Assembly: GCA_020184695.1 (NCBI GenBank)
Contig: JAANOX010000064.1
Location: 154,285 to 218,284, forward strand
Source: Histomonas meleagridis 2922-C6/04-290x
Taxonomy: Eukaryota > Protista > Parabasalia
Reading direction: 5' to 3'
DNA: 64,000 nucleotides
Every line of letters starts with the position of its first letter. The stretch's first letter is position 1. Under the pieces are notes generated by a model, which worked only from the letters and a program-made list of their open reading frames with translations, ran no database searches and had not been told where the DNA came from. Both the position numbers and the translations under genes were made by a program. Positions 20,376 to 30,471 of this stretch are shown here, one piece after another.

Positions 20376-21536
20376 TTATGGGTTTGTAAAATGATACATT
20401 TCATATAAGTCACTCCTTGCATGACAAAATGCTAATGCAGTATCGACAGATATTTTGAAAATTGGCGCTGGTTCATGGAATCTTGAGCCCATCACACTCA
20501 CTAGTGCTCTCTGTGCCGGTGAATACACTGCAGATGTTGAGTGTTCTCTTGGCAACATAAAAAGACCAGAATTATTTACAATGCCATCACTTATCGATAA
20601 TGTATTATTATCTGGTCTGACATGAAATGCAAACCACCAGTGACGTTTAACATCGAGGGCGAATATGTGCATAAACCTTTGGCTAGATTCGCCTCCAACG
20701 AGGAAAATATACTCATCACCAGAAATTAGTGTGGCATGTGGTAAGTTTGCAGAAGGCTCTGTACCAGTGCATGGGAAAGGCTCAAAATGGCATGTAGTAG
20801 GATCAAATGTACTCATTGGCGTTCCCGATGATCCGAAGATGAAGTACTTCCCTTGGTAAAAACAAAAGGCTGGAGCCGCTATACCAGTCTGAGAGGTCGA
20901 AGCTTTCTGCCAAACACCTTCGGTGATGTCGATGCGATATAGACCATTGTGAATTCGACCATCGTAACCAGCCCAGAGAAAGAGATATCTGTCTGAGGCA
21001 AAAAGAGCTGGGTTTGTACGAGCTGCAGGAAGAGTTCCTGTAACTGGAATTTCATGAACTGAACCGTCATCTAAATTTATGTAATGAAGATCGGAAAAGA
21101 ATTGACCATTGGCAGTGCCTCCAAAAATAACCATGTTTCGACCCATTAAACACGCAGAACAATATTGTCGTGGCTCATGAAGTTGTCTATTGATAATTCG
21201 CCATTTCATAGATCCGAGATTTAACGCCCAACAATCATTGAGGCAAACACTGTTTGGGTCTGAACCATATGCAATAACAATAGAATCTGTAACTGGATCA
21301 TAAACATGACATTGGCCTATTCGAGGCGTAGGTGATATTCCGTTGGATAAATGCATTGACCATTTTCCATAATAAGCTGTGTTCATTAATTGTGTTGGTC
21401 TATCTTGAATCAAATCGGGTTTAAAACTGGATGAATAATTGGCTTCTGTACGTTGAGATGTGATAGGAGTATATTGAAGTGTATCAAACATTTTTGCGTA
21501 GGTTTGTTTATTTGCTTGACTTGTTTCGTTTCCCAT
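20376..21536 (-). CDS. Kelch-repeat protein with predicted N-myristoylation
   Basis: Starts MGNETS (MGxxxS). Kelch-like blades (PTPRIG, PRQYCS..IFGG, PAARTNP..LWAG, IFLVGG). Confidence 0.85.
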   Translation of the reverse strand: MGNETSQANKQTYAKMFDTLQYTPITSQRTEANYSSSFKPDLIQDRPTQLMNTAYYGKWSMHLSNGISPTPRIGQCHVYDPVTDSIVIAYGSDPNSVCLNDCWALNLGSMKWRIINRQLHEPRQYCSACLMGRNMVIFGGTANGQFFSDLHYINLDDGSVHEIPVTGTLPAARTNPALFASDRYLFLWAGYDGRIHNGLYRIDITEGVWQKASTSQTGIAAPAFCFYQGKYFIFGSSGTPMSTFDPTTCHFEPFPCTGTEPSANLPHATLISGDEYIFLVGGESSQRFMHIFALDVKRHWWFAFHVRPDNNTLSISDGIVNNSGLFMLPREHSTSAVYSPAQRALVSVMGSRFHEPAPIFKISVDTALAFCHARSDLYEMYHFTNP

Positions 21537-22429
21537 CCTTGTTCAACTGAAGTATTTTGAGAAGATAGTCGGTCAGGTAAACCGACACCAGTAGCGGAAA
21601 AAGTCAATTTCTGAAGAAAGAGAACAAAGTTAACGCAAATTTGAGAAGAGCGATATCTATCGGGCGTTGTAAAATAACGGAACAACATAAAATGTTTTTG
21701 CTGAAAAAAAGTATTTGATTGGATTCTAGAAAACACAATGTTTTTGTTTTAATTAAGATACTGCTATTGTTTCTAATTTAGTTTCAAAAAACTAACATTT
21801 TCAGGAACAAGTATATATTATCAATACAACAACATTATCATTGATGCTTAAGACATGTAGAAAGCAGGCCCTTGGTATTAAAATGCTTTTTTATTATTAG
21901 ATTAAGGAAATGCTCTTATAATACCAAACTCAAAATGCTTATCTTTGTGAACTGAGATGAGGCCCTCTTGAATGTGTTTGCTTTAACGAGTGTATAATCA
22001 TGTATATTCAAAATAAATTTTGAATGAAATAAAATTGGCTGTGTTTCTCATGATAACAGAACAAATTGAATAGGCAACTCCTTAGGAGTTTCTTTTGATG
22101 TAAGTAATAAGAATGTCAACTTTTAGTAATAATTCGTATTTTAAAATTTGAGAGCTCCTGAGTTTTAACCAGAAAAAACGAAAGACATCATGTAATGTCA
22201 TGCTTCCAAAGTTTATGTATATTCTTTACAGTGAGTGTTTCTAGATCCATCTCCTAATTGAATTTAAAAAACAGATTTAGGCATAAGAAATAAAACCAAA
22301 ATGATAGCTAACACTTGGACTATAGAATCATTTTGTTATTTTTTGTGCATAACTCGAGTTATAAGGTTTTCGAGCTTTTGCCACAGCTCACATAAAACGG
22401 GGTACCCTGACGATGGAAAAATTTGTCTT

Positions 22430-23185
22430 TTATTCCTGAATAAGTGGTGGTGGAAGTCGTTCAACAATCTCTTGTCTCTGTTCAGCAGTGTAAATTTCGA
22501 ACATTCCTGTTGAAGCTCTAGCACAAGCGACTTCAATGTTATTTTCACTTAATTTCTCCTGAATAACTTGTCTAAGAGTTGACAATGCGAGGTCTTCTGC
22601 TTCTTTAAGTGTGAGGCCATCATGGTATGATTCACGAAGGATGGCTTCAGCACCTTCGCTACCTCCACCAATGGCACGAGCTCGACATTTAGTATATGTA
22701 CCACTTGGATCAGTGTGATAAAGATATGGCTTTCCATCTTCTACTCCAGAAACAAGGAGAGCTGTACCAAATGGACGTGACATTTGTCCTTCGCGTTTCT
22801 TTTTCCTTCCTTCACCAAATGAAAGTGCTAAATCGCAAACAGATTCAGTTACTGCATGGATACCAATTGGTTCACCGAATGAAAAGCGATGATTTTGAGC
22901 TGCAACACGCATGTGATCAACCATTGTTCTACCATCTGCTGTAAGACCGGCCATAACAACGCCAATGTGATCATCAATAGCATAGACTTTTTCGACTGAT
23001 GATGGGATTAAGAGTGGTGATGAAAGTCTCTTTTCAACAGCAAATACAACACCTTCTGGACAAAGAATTGCGATTGCTGATGAACCAAGTTTGACAGCTT
23101 CGTTTGCATACTCGACTTGAAGAAGACGACCATCTGGGCTAAATGTATTTACATTGCGGTCATACTCAGATGAGCTTTGGAACAT
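22430..23185 (-). CDS. PSMA5: 20S proteasome subunit alpha type-5
   Basis: YDRNVNTFSPDGRLLQVEYA.EAVKLGS, MSRPFGTALL, LYHTDPSGTY, AIGGGSEGA. Confidence 0.96.
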   Translation of the reverse strand: MFQSSSEYDRNVNTFSPDGRLLQVEYANEAVKLGSSAIAILCPEGVVFAVEKRLSSPLLIPSSVEKVYAIDDHIGVVMAGLTADGRTMVDHMRVAAQNHRFSFGEPIGIHAVTESVCDLALSFGEGRKKKREGQMSRPFGTALLVSGVEDGKPYLYHTDPSGTYTKCRARAIGGGSEGAEAILRESYHDGLTLKEAEDLALSTLRQVIQEKLSENNIEVACARASTGMFEIYTAEQRQEIVERLPPPLIQE

Positions 23186-23247
23186 TTTTTAAGAATAAAA
23201 AACAGTCAATTTTTCAATTAAGTTTGTTCGAACAACCAACTCAAAAC

Positions 23248-23256
23248 GACCGTTAA
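23248..23256 (-). promoter_or_regulatory. Myb-like upstream element TTAACGGTC (PSMA5 promoter)
   Basis: The same GACCGTTAA occurs at 31904, 31920, 60727, 62503 and 63451, mostly just upstream of minus-strand ATGs. Confidence 0.6.
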
Positions 23257-23382
23257 TTGACAAGAAGAAAAATTTCTTTTGGAATTTCCTTTAAAAAAAT
23301 AAAATTCACATATGCTACTCACGAAAATAGGTTAAACAAAAAAAATGTTGTGTGTGTGTTTAGGAATTCCTAGCTAATTAGC

Positions 23383-23880
23383 TTACTTGGAGAAGCTTGA
23401 TATCCAAGCTGGGATGAAGCTTGCACAAACTTGTGAAAGGATCATCGATGCTGCTGGTTGGAAGTTTGAGAAGATGAGATGGGAACCTATGAGGAGAAGG
23501 AAGCAATAGAATGCATTATTGTAGAAAAGTGTGAAGAAAACTCCTTCTGAAGCCTTGACTTGAACTTGTGCAGTCTTCTTGCTTTTCATTTGTACGCTTC
23601 TTTGTTTTGTAACCCATTCAGCAACTTGAGCATAAGCAACTGTAAGTCCAACGACTCCAATAGCATAGGCAACAATAATGTAGACGATTTGTTCTTTGAT
23701 ATCAACTCCACCTACAGCGACATAGAGAATAACTCCAATTAAACTGAAAATTAATCCAAATGGAAGGAACTTAAGACTCTTTGAAAAGCCTCTTGGTTGA
23801 CGCTTTGATCTAAGTTCATTGTATAATTCGTCTTGGTCTTCCGTATTTCGGTTTGCTCCGGGGCTTTGCTTTCTTGGCAT
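23383..23880 (-). CDS. SSR3: Translocon-associated protein subunit gamma (TRAP-gamma)
   Basis: Four TM segments; C-terminal EGVFFTLFYNNAFY...NFQPAASMILS resembles SSR3 EATTFSIFYNNTLF...NFNPTVNYILS. ATG at 23880. Confidence 0.8.
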   Translation of the reverse strand: MPRKQSPGANRNTEDQDELYNELRSKRQPRGFSKSLKFLPFGLIFSLIGVILYVAVGGVDIKEQIVYIIVAYAIGVVGLTVAYAQVAEWVTKQRSVQMKSKKTAQVQVKASEGVFFTLFYNNAFYCFLLLIGSHLIFSNFQPAASMILSQVCASFIPAWISSFSK

Positions 23881-23956
23881 CTTTGCGAGTGGCTCAACTA
23901 TGTCACTTTTATAACCGATATTATTTAAACGTTCGAAAACCACTGTTTTTATTTTT

Positions 23957-24151
23957 ATGGATGAAAAAGCACAAAGGAACTTTATAATCGGATCACTCAT
24001 TGGAGCTGTAGCCGTATTCCTATCTGGAATGCTGGTTCTCCTTTATTGTATTTGTATCCATATTCAACACGACGATCTATCCGATATTGAGGCGAATGAT
24101 GTTTCTAATTCTGATACTGAAATTGATGATGAGCTTCCAGAGGAAATTTAA
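23957..24151 (+). CDS. Small single-pass membrane protein (64 aa) with acidic tail
   Basis: ATG-initiated ORF with one TM (FIIGSLIGAVAVFLSGMLVLLYCICI) and a D/E-rich C-terminus; divergent from SSR3. Confidence 0.6.
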   Translation: MDEKAQRNFIIGSLIGAVAVFLSGMLVLLYCICIHIQHDDLSDIEANDVSNSDTEIDDELPEEI

Positions 24152-24339
24152 TTTTAGTGCTCAAACACGATCATATTTTTCAAACTTGCATTGAAATCAG
24201 GAAAACGAGTTAACGAAGAAACAAAAATTCTGGGTTTGTTAATCAATTTTGTCCATGGAGTAATCATATGTTTTTTATGTAATAATAAAATATAAATTTT
24301 ATATTTTTGGAGTTTTCTTCAAGAAAAACGTTTAAATTA

Positions 24340-25761
24340 ATGGAGAAATCTTTTGCAAAATCATCAAGACTTATCGATTCATTTTTCCTTGAATTTTTAT
24401 CTAGTTCAAAATGCAATCTAGATTTCCTCAAGCTTAAAGAATTTCTTCAAAATAATCAATCAATAGATAATTTTTTTGATAGTTTTCTTATTACAGAACC
24501 TTCAAAATCTAGATCTCCTAGAAAGATGTTGCCACAATCTCCTGTAGTTTCATCAAAGTCTAAGAGTCCAATTCCCAAATCATATGATAATTCAATTTCA
24601 TTCAGTAAAACAATAACAAACATAATTCCTCCTTTCTACAAACAAGAAATTACAAATAAAATTGATTTTAATTCCATATATTCTAAAAATCAAATTATTA
24701 CTTTAGAAATGTTTACTCAAATTCTTTCAGATTTAAGTCTTCCATCTTTTTTTGCCAAGCCAATGATGGAAGCGTTATGTCCTTCTATTCTAGAAACCCA
24801 AAATTATGAAATAGTTTATTCCTCTTTTCTACAATTTGCAATTCCAAAACTTGAAAACGCAAATCTTCATGAACAAATTTTTAAAATATTATTAAACAAT
24901 AACGATCGTCCATATCTTATTCCTTCTGATTTTTCACCCTATATTTCATCGTTAATTAATTCGCATAAATCACTAAAATTTCTTGATCGTGATTCACACT
25001 TACATTCTGCATATGAAAATTGCATTATCTCGCGTATATTTTATTGTCTTGATCCAGAGGTTCGCGAAACGATCACATTTCAAAGGTTTACAAATTCCAA
25101 TTTTTGTGAATGTCTATGTATCGTTGACACAACAGAAGATATATCCGATGTCTTAGATTTTTTTAGTTATGAACATTTTTATGTACTTTATACATTATTT
25201 ATTGACATTGATATTCAAGATAATGGATTTCTAACAATTGAACAACTTTCATCATATGATTATCATCGAATTTCATTACCACTTTGCCAAAGAATTATAC
25301 AATTTTTACCTGGTTCGAAAGACATGAATAAAATCACATTTAATGAATTCATATATTTTGTAATTGCTGTTGAAGATAAGACAACAGAAACAGCGTTAAG
25401 GCTATGGTTTCATACATGTGACTTAGATGATGATGGAATTCTTTCTATTTATGAAATAAAGCAATTATATAAAATACAAAAAGAAAAAATGATCGAAAAT
25501 GATATGGACCCGATAAGTTTTGATTACATATATTCACAAATTATAGATTTGATCGGGTGTTGTGAGAATGGAATAACAATGAAAATGTTGAGGAATAGTG
25601 GAAAATGGGAAACATTTTTTAATATACTTGTCGACTTTAAGCAGTTCACTGAATGGGAATTCTGTGATCCAATGTATGAAGATAATATGAGTGCGGGTTC
25701 TGATGGAATGAAAAGATGGGACAAGTTCTGTGATGAAGAATATATTAAACTTTCATGTTAG
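24340..25761 (+). CDS. PP2A regulatory subunit B'' family (EF-hand) protein
   Basis: FSYEHFYVLYTLF.DID...GFL, EDKTTETALRLWFHTCDLDDDG.LS..EI, FFNILVDF..F..WE, WDKFCDEEY..L. ATG placed at 24340. Confidence 0.88.
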   Translation: MEKSFAKSSRLIDSFFLEFLSSSKCNLDFLKLKEFLQNNQSIDNFFDSFLITEPSKSRSPRKMLPQSPVVSSKSKSPIPKSYDNSISFSKTITNIIPPFYKQEITNKIDFNSIYSKNQIITLEMFTQILSDLSLPSFFAKPMMEALCPSILETQNYEIVYSSFLQFAIPKLENANLHEQIFKILLNNNDRPYLIPSDFSPYISSLINSHKSLKFLDRDSHLHSAYENCIISRIFYCLDPEVRETITFQRFTNSNFCECLCIVDTTEDISDVLDFFSYEHFYVLYTLFIDIDIQDNGFLTIEQLSSYDYHRISLPLCQRIIQFLPGSKDMNKITFNEFIYFVIAVEDKTTETALRLWFHTCDLDDDGILSIYEIKQLYKIQKEKMIENDMDPISFDYIYSQIIDLIGCCENGITMKMLRNSGKWETFFNILVDFKQFTEWEFCDPMYEDNMSAGSDGMKRWDKFCDEEYIKLSC

Positions 25762-25879
25762 TAAAAAAAGTATTGTTTTGATATAAAACTTTATCTATTA
25801 TTTTTCTAATATTTATAATATATTATGAAACACTACGTAAAACATTTCATATGGTTGTTTGATTTCTCAAAAAAATTAA

Positions 25880-26340
25880 AGAAATGATAGGATCAAATAT
25901 TATCGAAATTTGTGATGGTGCATGAAATGAATATTCTCATCTTCAGAACCAATTTCAATTGTTAATATTGTATTTGCAGGTGTTATCCATTCATATATAG
26001 ATGCATATATAGGAAGTATAACAATTGGCACATTGAATACATACAAAGGAATTCAGGAATGCATATCAATAACACCTTCACAAGCATCAACAGAATTAAT
26101 TTTCATAATTTTGTACTTTTATACATACATCAAAAATTATTATTTTATACTTTAGACCAAATGAAAAATTATTTTCATGTTGTATCGAAATTCAGTAATG
26201 ATTGTTTGACTCTGTGCTTCAAGTAATTGAAATGACGATATATGTTTCCAAAAGTGCCGAACTAACATATGAAAATAGATATGATGAAAATGAATATGAA
26301 GTTTGATAAATATCCAATTTCATCATAAGAACAAAAGACA
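25880..26340 (-). pseudogene. Possible decayed membrane-protein gene fragments
   Basis: Short coding-like minus-strand runs (DEIGYLSNFIFIFIISIFIC*FGTFGNIYRHF; VFNVPIVILPIYASIYEWITPANTILTIEIGSED) broken by stops. Family not recognised. Confidence 0.3.
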
Positions 26341-26469
26341 CATTAATAATATTTGATTATCATATCATATAATAAAAAATGATTTTCTTTTTTTAATGAA
26401 TATAGACAGACCGCAAAAGAATGCCAGTCATAAACAAACCTCCTTTTTATTATTTTTAGATAGTGTACA

Positions 26470-27085
26470 ATGATATGGTCAAATGGTATGAACAGCTACA
26501 ACTCCATTAAGAAAGGAGGAATAAATATTAATAATCAAAATTTTTTATTTTTTTATTTACTGTTTATTATAATATTTTAAAATTTATTAATATTTTTTGA
26601 TAATTATTTCAAAAATTTGGTCTTACACTTGTTGAAGCAGCTCAAGAAGGATCTATTGACATAGTAAAACAACTTCTTGAACAAGGAAAAGATGTTAATA
26701 CTAGAGGTATTAATTTTTATTGTTTATGATTTATTTTAATATTTTCAGATTTCAAAATTTTATTCGGAAATTAATTAAAACATTTAAAACAGCACTTATT
26801 TGTGCCACACTTTTTAGAAAAATAGATATCGTTCAATTACTTCTAGAACAAGAAGGAATTGACATTAATTCAAAAGATATTCATTTATTTAACTTAATGT
26901 TTATTTTAATTATGTATTATTTCATAATAGTATTTGGAAATTATTTAAAATATAAGATACAACTTATTGTTGCATCTAAAAATAACTTTATAGATATCGT
27001 TCAATTACTTCTTCAACAAAAAGGAATTGATATTAATGTCAAAAATATTTATTTATTCTATTCAATGTTTGTGTTATTCATTTAA
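26470..27085 (+). pseudogene. Degenerate spacer-interrupted ankyrin-repeat locus (locus A)
   Basis: Blocks ..GGININNQN / LTLVEAAQEGSIDIVKQLLEQGKDVNTRG / KTALICATLFRKIDIVQLLLEQEGIDINSKD / ..LIVASKNNFIDIVQLLLQQKGIDINVKN, separated by 80-, 77- and about 75-nt AT-rich spacers homologous to those in loci B and C. Confidence 0.7.
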
Positions 27086-27089
27086 TATT

Positions 27090-27230
27090 TCACTCAAGCT
27101 TTGCGCTTTGCTCTTTAATCCTTACTGTTAAGGAAAAGCGATACTCGCAAATTCCTTAAAAGGAATCAATTGATCTTAGTTTGCTTACTGCACGTTGGAG
27201 CGCATTAAATTGATATCTCATAAAAACACA
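27090..27230 (+). ncRNA. Candidate structured ncRNA (H/ACA snoRNA-like)
   Basis: Relatively GC-rich intergenic island after Inr-like TCACT. Hairpin TTGCG..CCTTA ctgt TAAGG..CGCAA, then H-box-like AAAGGA, a second hairpin ATCAATT..AATTGAT, and an ACA downstream. Confidence 0.35.
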
Positions 27231-27289
27231 TTTTATTATTTAAATAATAAGCAGAAGAAAAAATTATAAAAATTTATTTATAACAATAT

Positions 27290-27781
27290 TTATTCAGTTA
27301 CAAGATCTTTCAGTGATGATAACATTTCATGGATTGCGTTGTTGTTATTGTCTAGTTCTAATTGGAGAGTTTCATCTTGTTTTTCCAATTCTTCATTTTC
27401 ATGTTGAAGATTTTCAAGAACTTTGCGAAGTTTTATAATTTCTTGTTCCTTAGACCGAAGAATTATATTTCGTTCGATTTCTTCGGGATCTCGTTCTTCA
27501 AAATCAAAAGCTGACATATCAACTTCGAATTTGGTTGAATTTTCAATAAGTTCATCAAGTCTATTAAGCTTTTGGATTATATTCTTTTCATTTAGTATTT
27601 CTTCTAATTCGTCAAAACAATTTTTTTCGATATTTGGAATTAGTAATTTTGAAATGTTTGTAATTCGTTCTTTAGGAATAGATGAAATAAATTTACCCAA
27701 TTCTTCTGGTGAAAGAGGTTTGAGAGTTTCCTTAAGAAATTTCTGATATACTGAATAAAGCCTTTCTGCACGTGAGTGCAT
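27290..27781 (-). CDS. Nnf1/PMF1-like kinetochore (Mis12 complex) coiled-coil protein, tentative
   Basis: 163 aa; SRAERL..., FDELEEILNEKNIIQKLNRLDELIE and a C-terminal coiled coil resemble the Nnf1 layout. Confidence 0.5.
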   Translation of the reverse strand: MHSRAERLYSVYQKFLKETLKPLSPEELGKFISSIPKERITNISKLLIPNIEKNCFDELEEILNEKNIIQKLNRLDELIENSTKFEVDMSAFDFEERDPEEIERNIILRSKEQEIIKLRKVLENLQHENEELEKQDETLQLELDNNNNAIHEMLSSLKDLVTE

Positions 27782-28040
27782 TTTTGATTACGTTTATTTT
27801 TAAAAAAGTGACAAATATATGCATATATTGTATATTTTGGCTTAAACAAATTGTTTTTTACTTAATTCAAGATAAGATAGAATTATCTGCTGAAGCAACA
27901 ATTAAATATTTTGAAACTAATTATAAATATTCTTTTAACATACTTCTTGCGAAATTTCGTTTTGTAATTTGAAATTTGTGATTTTTTAGTAAGAAAACGG
28001 AAAAATTTACCTCGTTCTTTTATCGATTCTAAGTATTATG

Positions 28041-28085
28041 CAAAAAGGAATTGATGTTAATGATAAAGATATTTGTTTGTTTTAA
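28041..28085 (+). pseudogene. Ankyrin-repeat end fragment plus spacer start, cut by a transposon
   Basis: caa aaa gga att gat gtt aat gat aaa gat att tgt ttg ttt taa (QKGIDVNDKD-ICLF*) directly before the TA-flanked TIR at 28088. Confidence 0.55.
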
Positions 28086-28087
28086 TA

Positions 28088-29326
28088 TAGGGGGTGCAAA
28101 CAGTTTTGACCCCACCCATTTGTTTGAATAAAAAAGATATTTGTTACAAATATACTTTTATTTAAAGAAGTGGTCTTCGTGATTCTTAGTCACCTACTAA
28201 AGTCTTTTTATCTATGATAGGAACATAGTTAAAGCTTTCTAAAAGTGGCAATTTGAAATATACATATAATTTCATTTCCATACTCTCGAAATTTTCCTTA
28301 ACTATTACAAAGAATTAAATATCGTACTATCTTAAATCTAATTACTGATACAGATAAGAACTTCTTTTAAGGCTTTTCTCTTAAGATTTTTAAACAATAC
28401 TTTTTTTAATGTGAACGATATGCACCTTTATCTTTTTCATATGAATCCAATTTTTGTTACTAATTAGTATTTTCAAAAAAATTATAACATAATTTGATTT
28501 ATGGATTAAATTTGAATTTAAGATATAATCCATATATCCATATCATTTTGTATAATCGATAAAATAATTGAACATAATTTTTTACATTGAATATTCTTAT
28601 ATATCATCATTGACACTTTATTACGTGATTTTCTATATATTTTTCTAATAAAATATTTAGAAAATTTCTATTACTAATCATTAATTAAATTTGTATTAAA
28701 TAAATTTTTTATAACTTTAATAAAATCATAGAAAATTATTTCGGAATTTTCGAACCTTTTCCATCTATTGTTCACAGATAGCATATGGGGATCTTTTTTC
28801 GACAATATTTTTTTAATACAAGCAATTAAGCCAAATTTTATTTACTTATGTTACATAATACTTCTATTTCTGATTCAATTGATTTTATGGATAAAAATAA
28901 TTGCTCATCAAGTATTGCATGATTTTTTAATTTTCTTAACTCTAGGCATTTTGCTTCCACCTAAAATCATTGTAAATTAGGTTACCTAAAAAATTTCTAT
29001 AATATAATTTAGAACCTGTAAAATAGAGACTAAATTCAAAAAAAGCAGTATTTTTTTCTTTATATTAATTGATACCCTATTCTTTGTAGAAAATTTTATT
29101 TGATGACATTTTTGAGTTCCTGCTTTTTATTGGGTTTGAAAATCATAAAAGTGACAATCATGAGTAGAAAAAATTCAATCATCTAAATTTCAACAAGTAA
29201 ACTAAATTTTTAAAAAATATTAAAATAGACATCAAGTTCATTTATTATAGTTTTTATTTATATATAATTTATTTTTCTTGGTCAAGAGGATGTTGAGAAA
29301 AGGGGGTCAGGACTTTTTGTACCCTA
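28088..29326 (-). mobile_element. Decayed Tc1/mariner-like DNA transposon with TIRs and TA target duplication
   Basis: Left end TA|TAGGGGGTGCAAACAGTTTTGACCCC; right end reverse-complemented TA|TAGGGTACAAAAAGTCCTGACCCC. The interior is stop-riddled coding-like sequence on the minus strand (starts MPRVKKIKK). Confidence 0.65.
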
Positions 29327-29643
29327 TACAATTTCCAAATAATATTATTTGGTCCAATTCTTTCTCCTCTTCCACATCCCCAAGATTTCAATATCAATAA
29401 GTTTCAGATTTCAGAAAAAGATTTATAATAAGGTTATCCATCCACAAGAAAAAAATATCATTTTTAAAAGAATTTGATTTTTTTTAACCATCTTTATGTA
29501 TAAACCATACTCAAAATAATAAATTTTAACCAAAAATATTTATATATTTAAATATACATTTTTTATTAGCTTAAATATAGTCTCTAGAATGTATTCTGCT
29601 TCAATTGAAAGAATTTAAACGGTTTCATATGATTGTAAATTAA

Positions 29644-29651
29644 AAAGTGAC
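29644..29651 (+). promoter_or_regulatory. AAAGTGAC element 3 nt before the ARF-like ATG
   Basis: The same octamer lies on the gene strand 3 nt before ATG 47387 (47391-47398) and 21 nt before the SSR3 ATG (23902-23909). Confidence 0.55.
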
Positions 29652-29654
29652 AAA

Positions 29655-30197
29655 ATGGGAATCGTTTCTTCGATTCTTTCTTGGTTCTCAAGCAAAAAAG
29701 AGGTAAAAGTATTGATTCTTGGGCTTGACTCAGCAGGGAAAACAACAATATTATACAGGCTTTCTCTCGGACAATATGTGCAACAAGTAGCACCAACAGT
29801 TGCATTCAATCTTGAAAAAGTTGAAGTAGGAAATCTTACTTTACGTATTTGGGATATCGGTGGCCAGCAACAACTTCGTCCATATTGGCGCCTTTATTTC
29901 AAAGATATTAATGGAATTGTTTTCGTTGTTGATTCTGCAGACAAAGAAAGAATTAACATTTGTAACAGTGAGCTTCATGCTCTGTTAAAAGAAGAAGAAC
30001 TTAAAGGCATTCCATTGATAGTTTTAGCAAATAAACAAGATCTTGAAGATGCTATGAAACCAGAAGAAGTAAGCCAAAAATTAGACTTATCATCAATCAA
30101 AGACAGAGATTGGACTATAATGCCAACAAGTGCCTTGAATGGAGATGGCGTTTCTACTGCATTTGAATGGCTATCAGAAAATATGGAAGGAAAATAA
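29655..30197 (+). CDS. ADP-ribosylation factor-like GTPase (ARF/ARL1-like)
   Basis: MG start with amphipathic helix, [22 protein letters not shown]. Confidence 0.95.
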   Translation: MGIVSSILSWFSSKKEVKVLILGLDSAGKTTILYRLSLGQYVQQVAPTVAFNLEKVEVGNLTLRIWDIGGQQQLRPYWRLYFKDINGIVFVVDSADKERINICNSELHALLKEEELKGIPLIVLANKQDLEDAMKPEEVSQKLDLSSIKDRDWTIMPTSALNGDGVSTAFEWLSENMEGK

Positions 30198-30471
30198 TTT
30201 ATTAAAATAAAAACTTTCAACTTTTTATAGTGTAATTATGCACGAACGAAAACATATTGACATTTTTTGTACTCATAATCAATTATTTATAAACATTTTT
30301 ATAAACATTATTTGATATTTACTGTTCTTTTTTAGCCAATAAAATGGGGTTGCGATTATAAATAATCTTTTTTATTGTTGTTATTATTTGCTATTTTTCA
30401 TTGTTTCATGGTTTTCACAACTTTACTACAAAAGTCAAAAAATTTGAAATATTTTAATTAAAATACATATT

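Noticed and set aside
21540-22420. Gene-sized gap between the Kelch gene and PSMA5
   Set aside because: No recognisable ORF, RNA or repeat found by eye.
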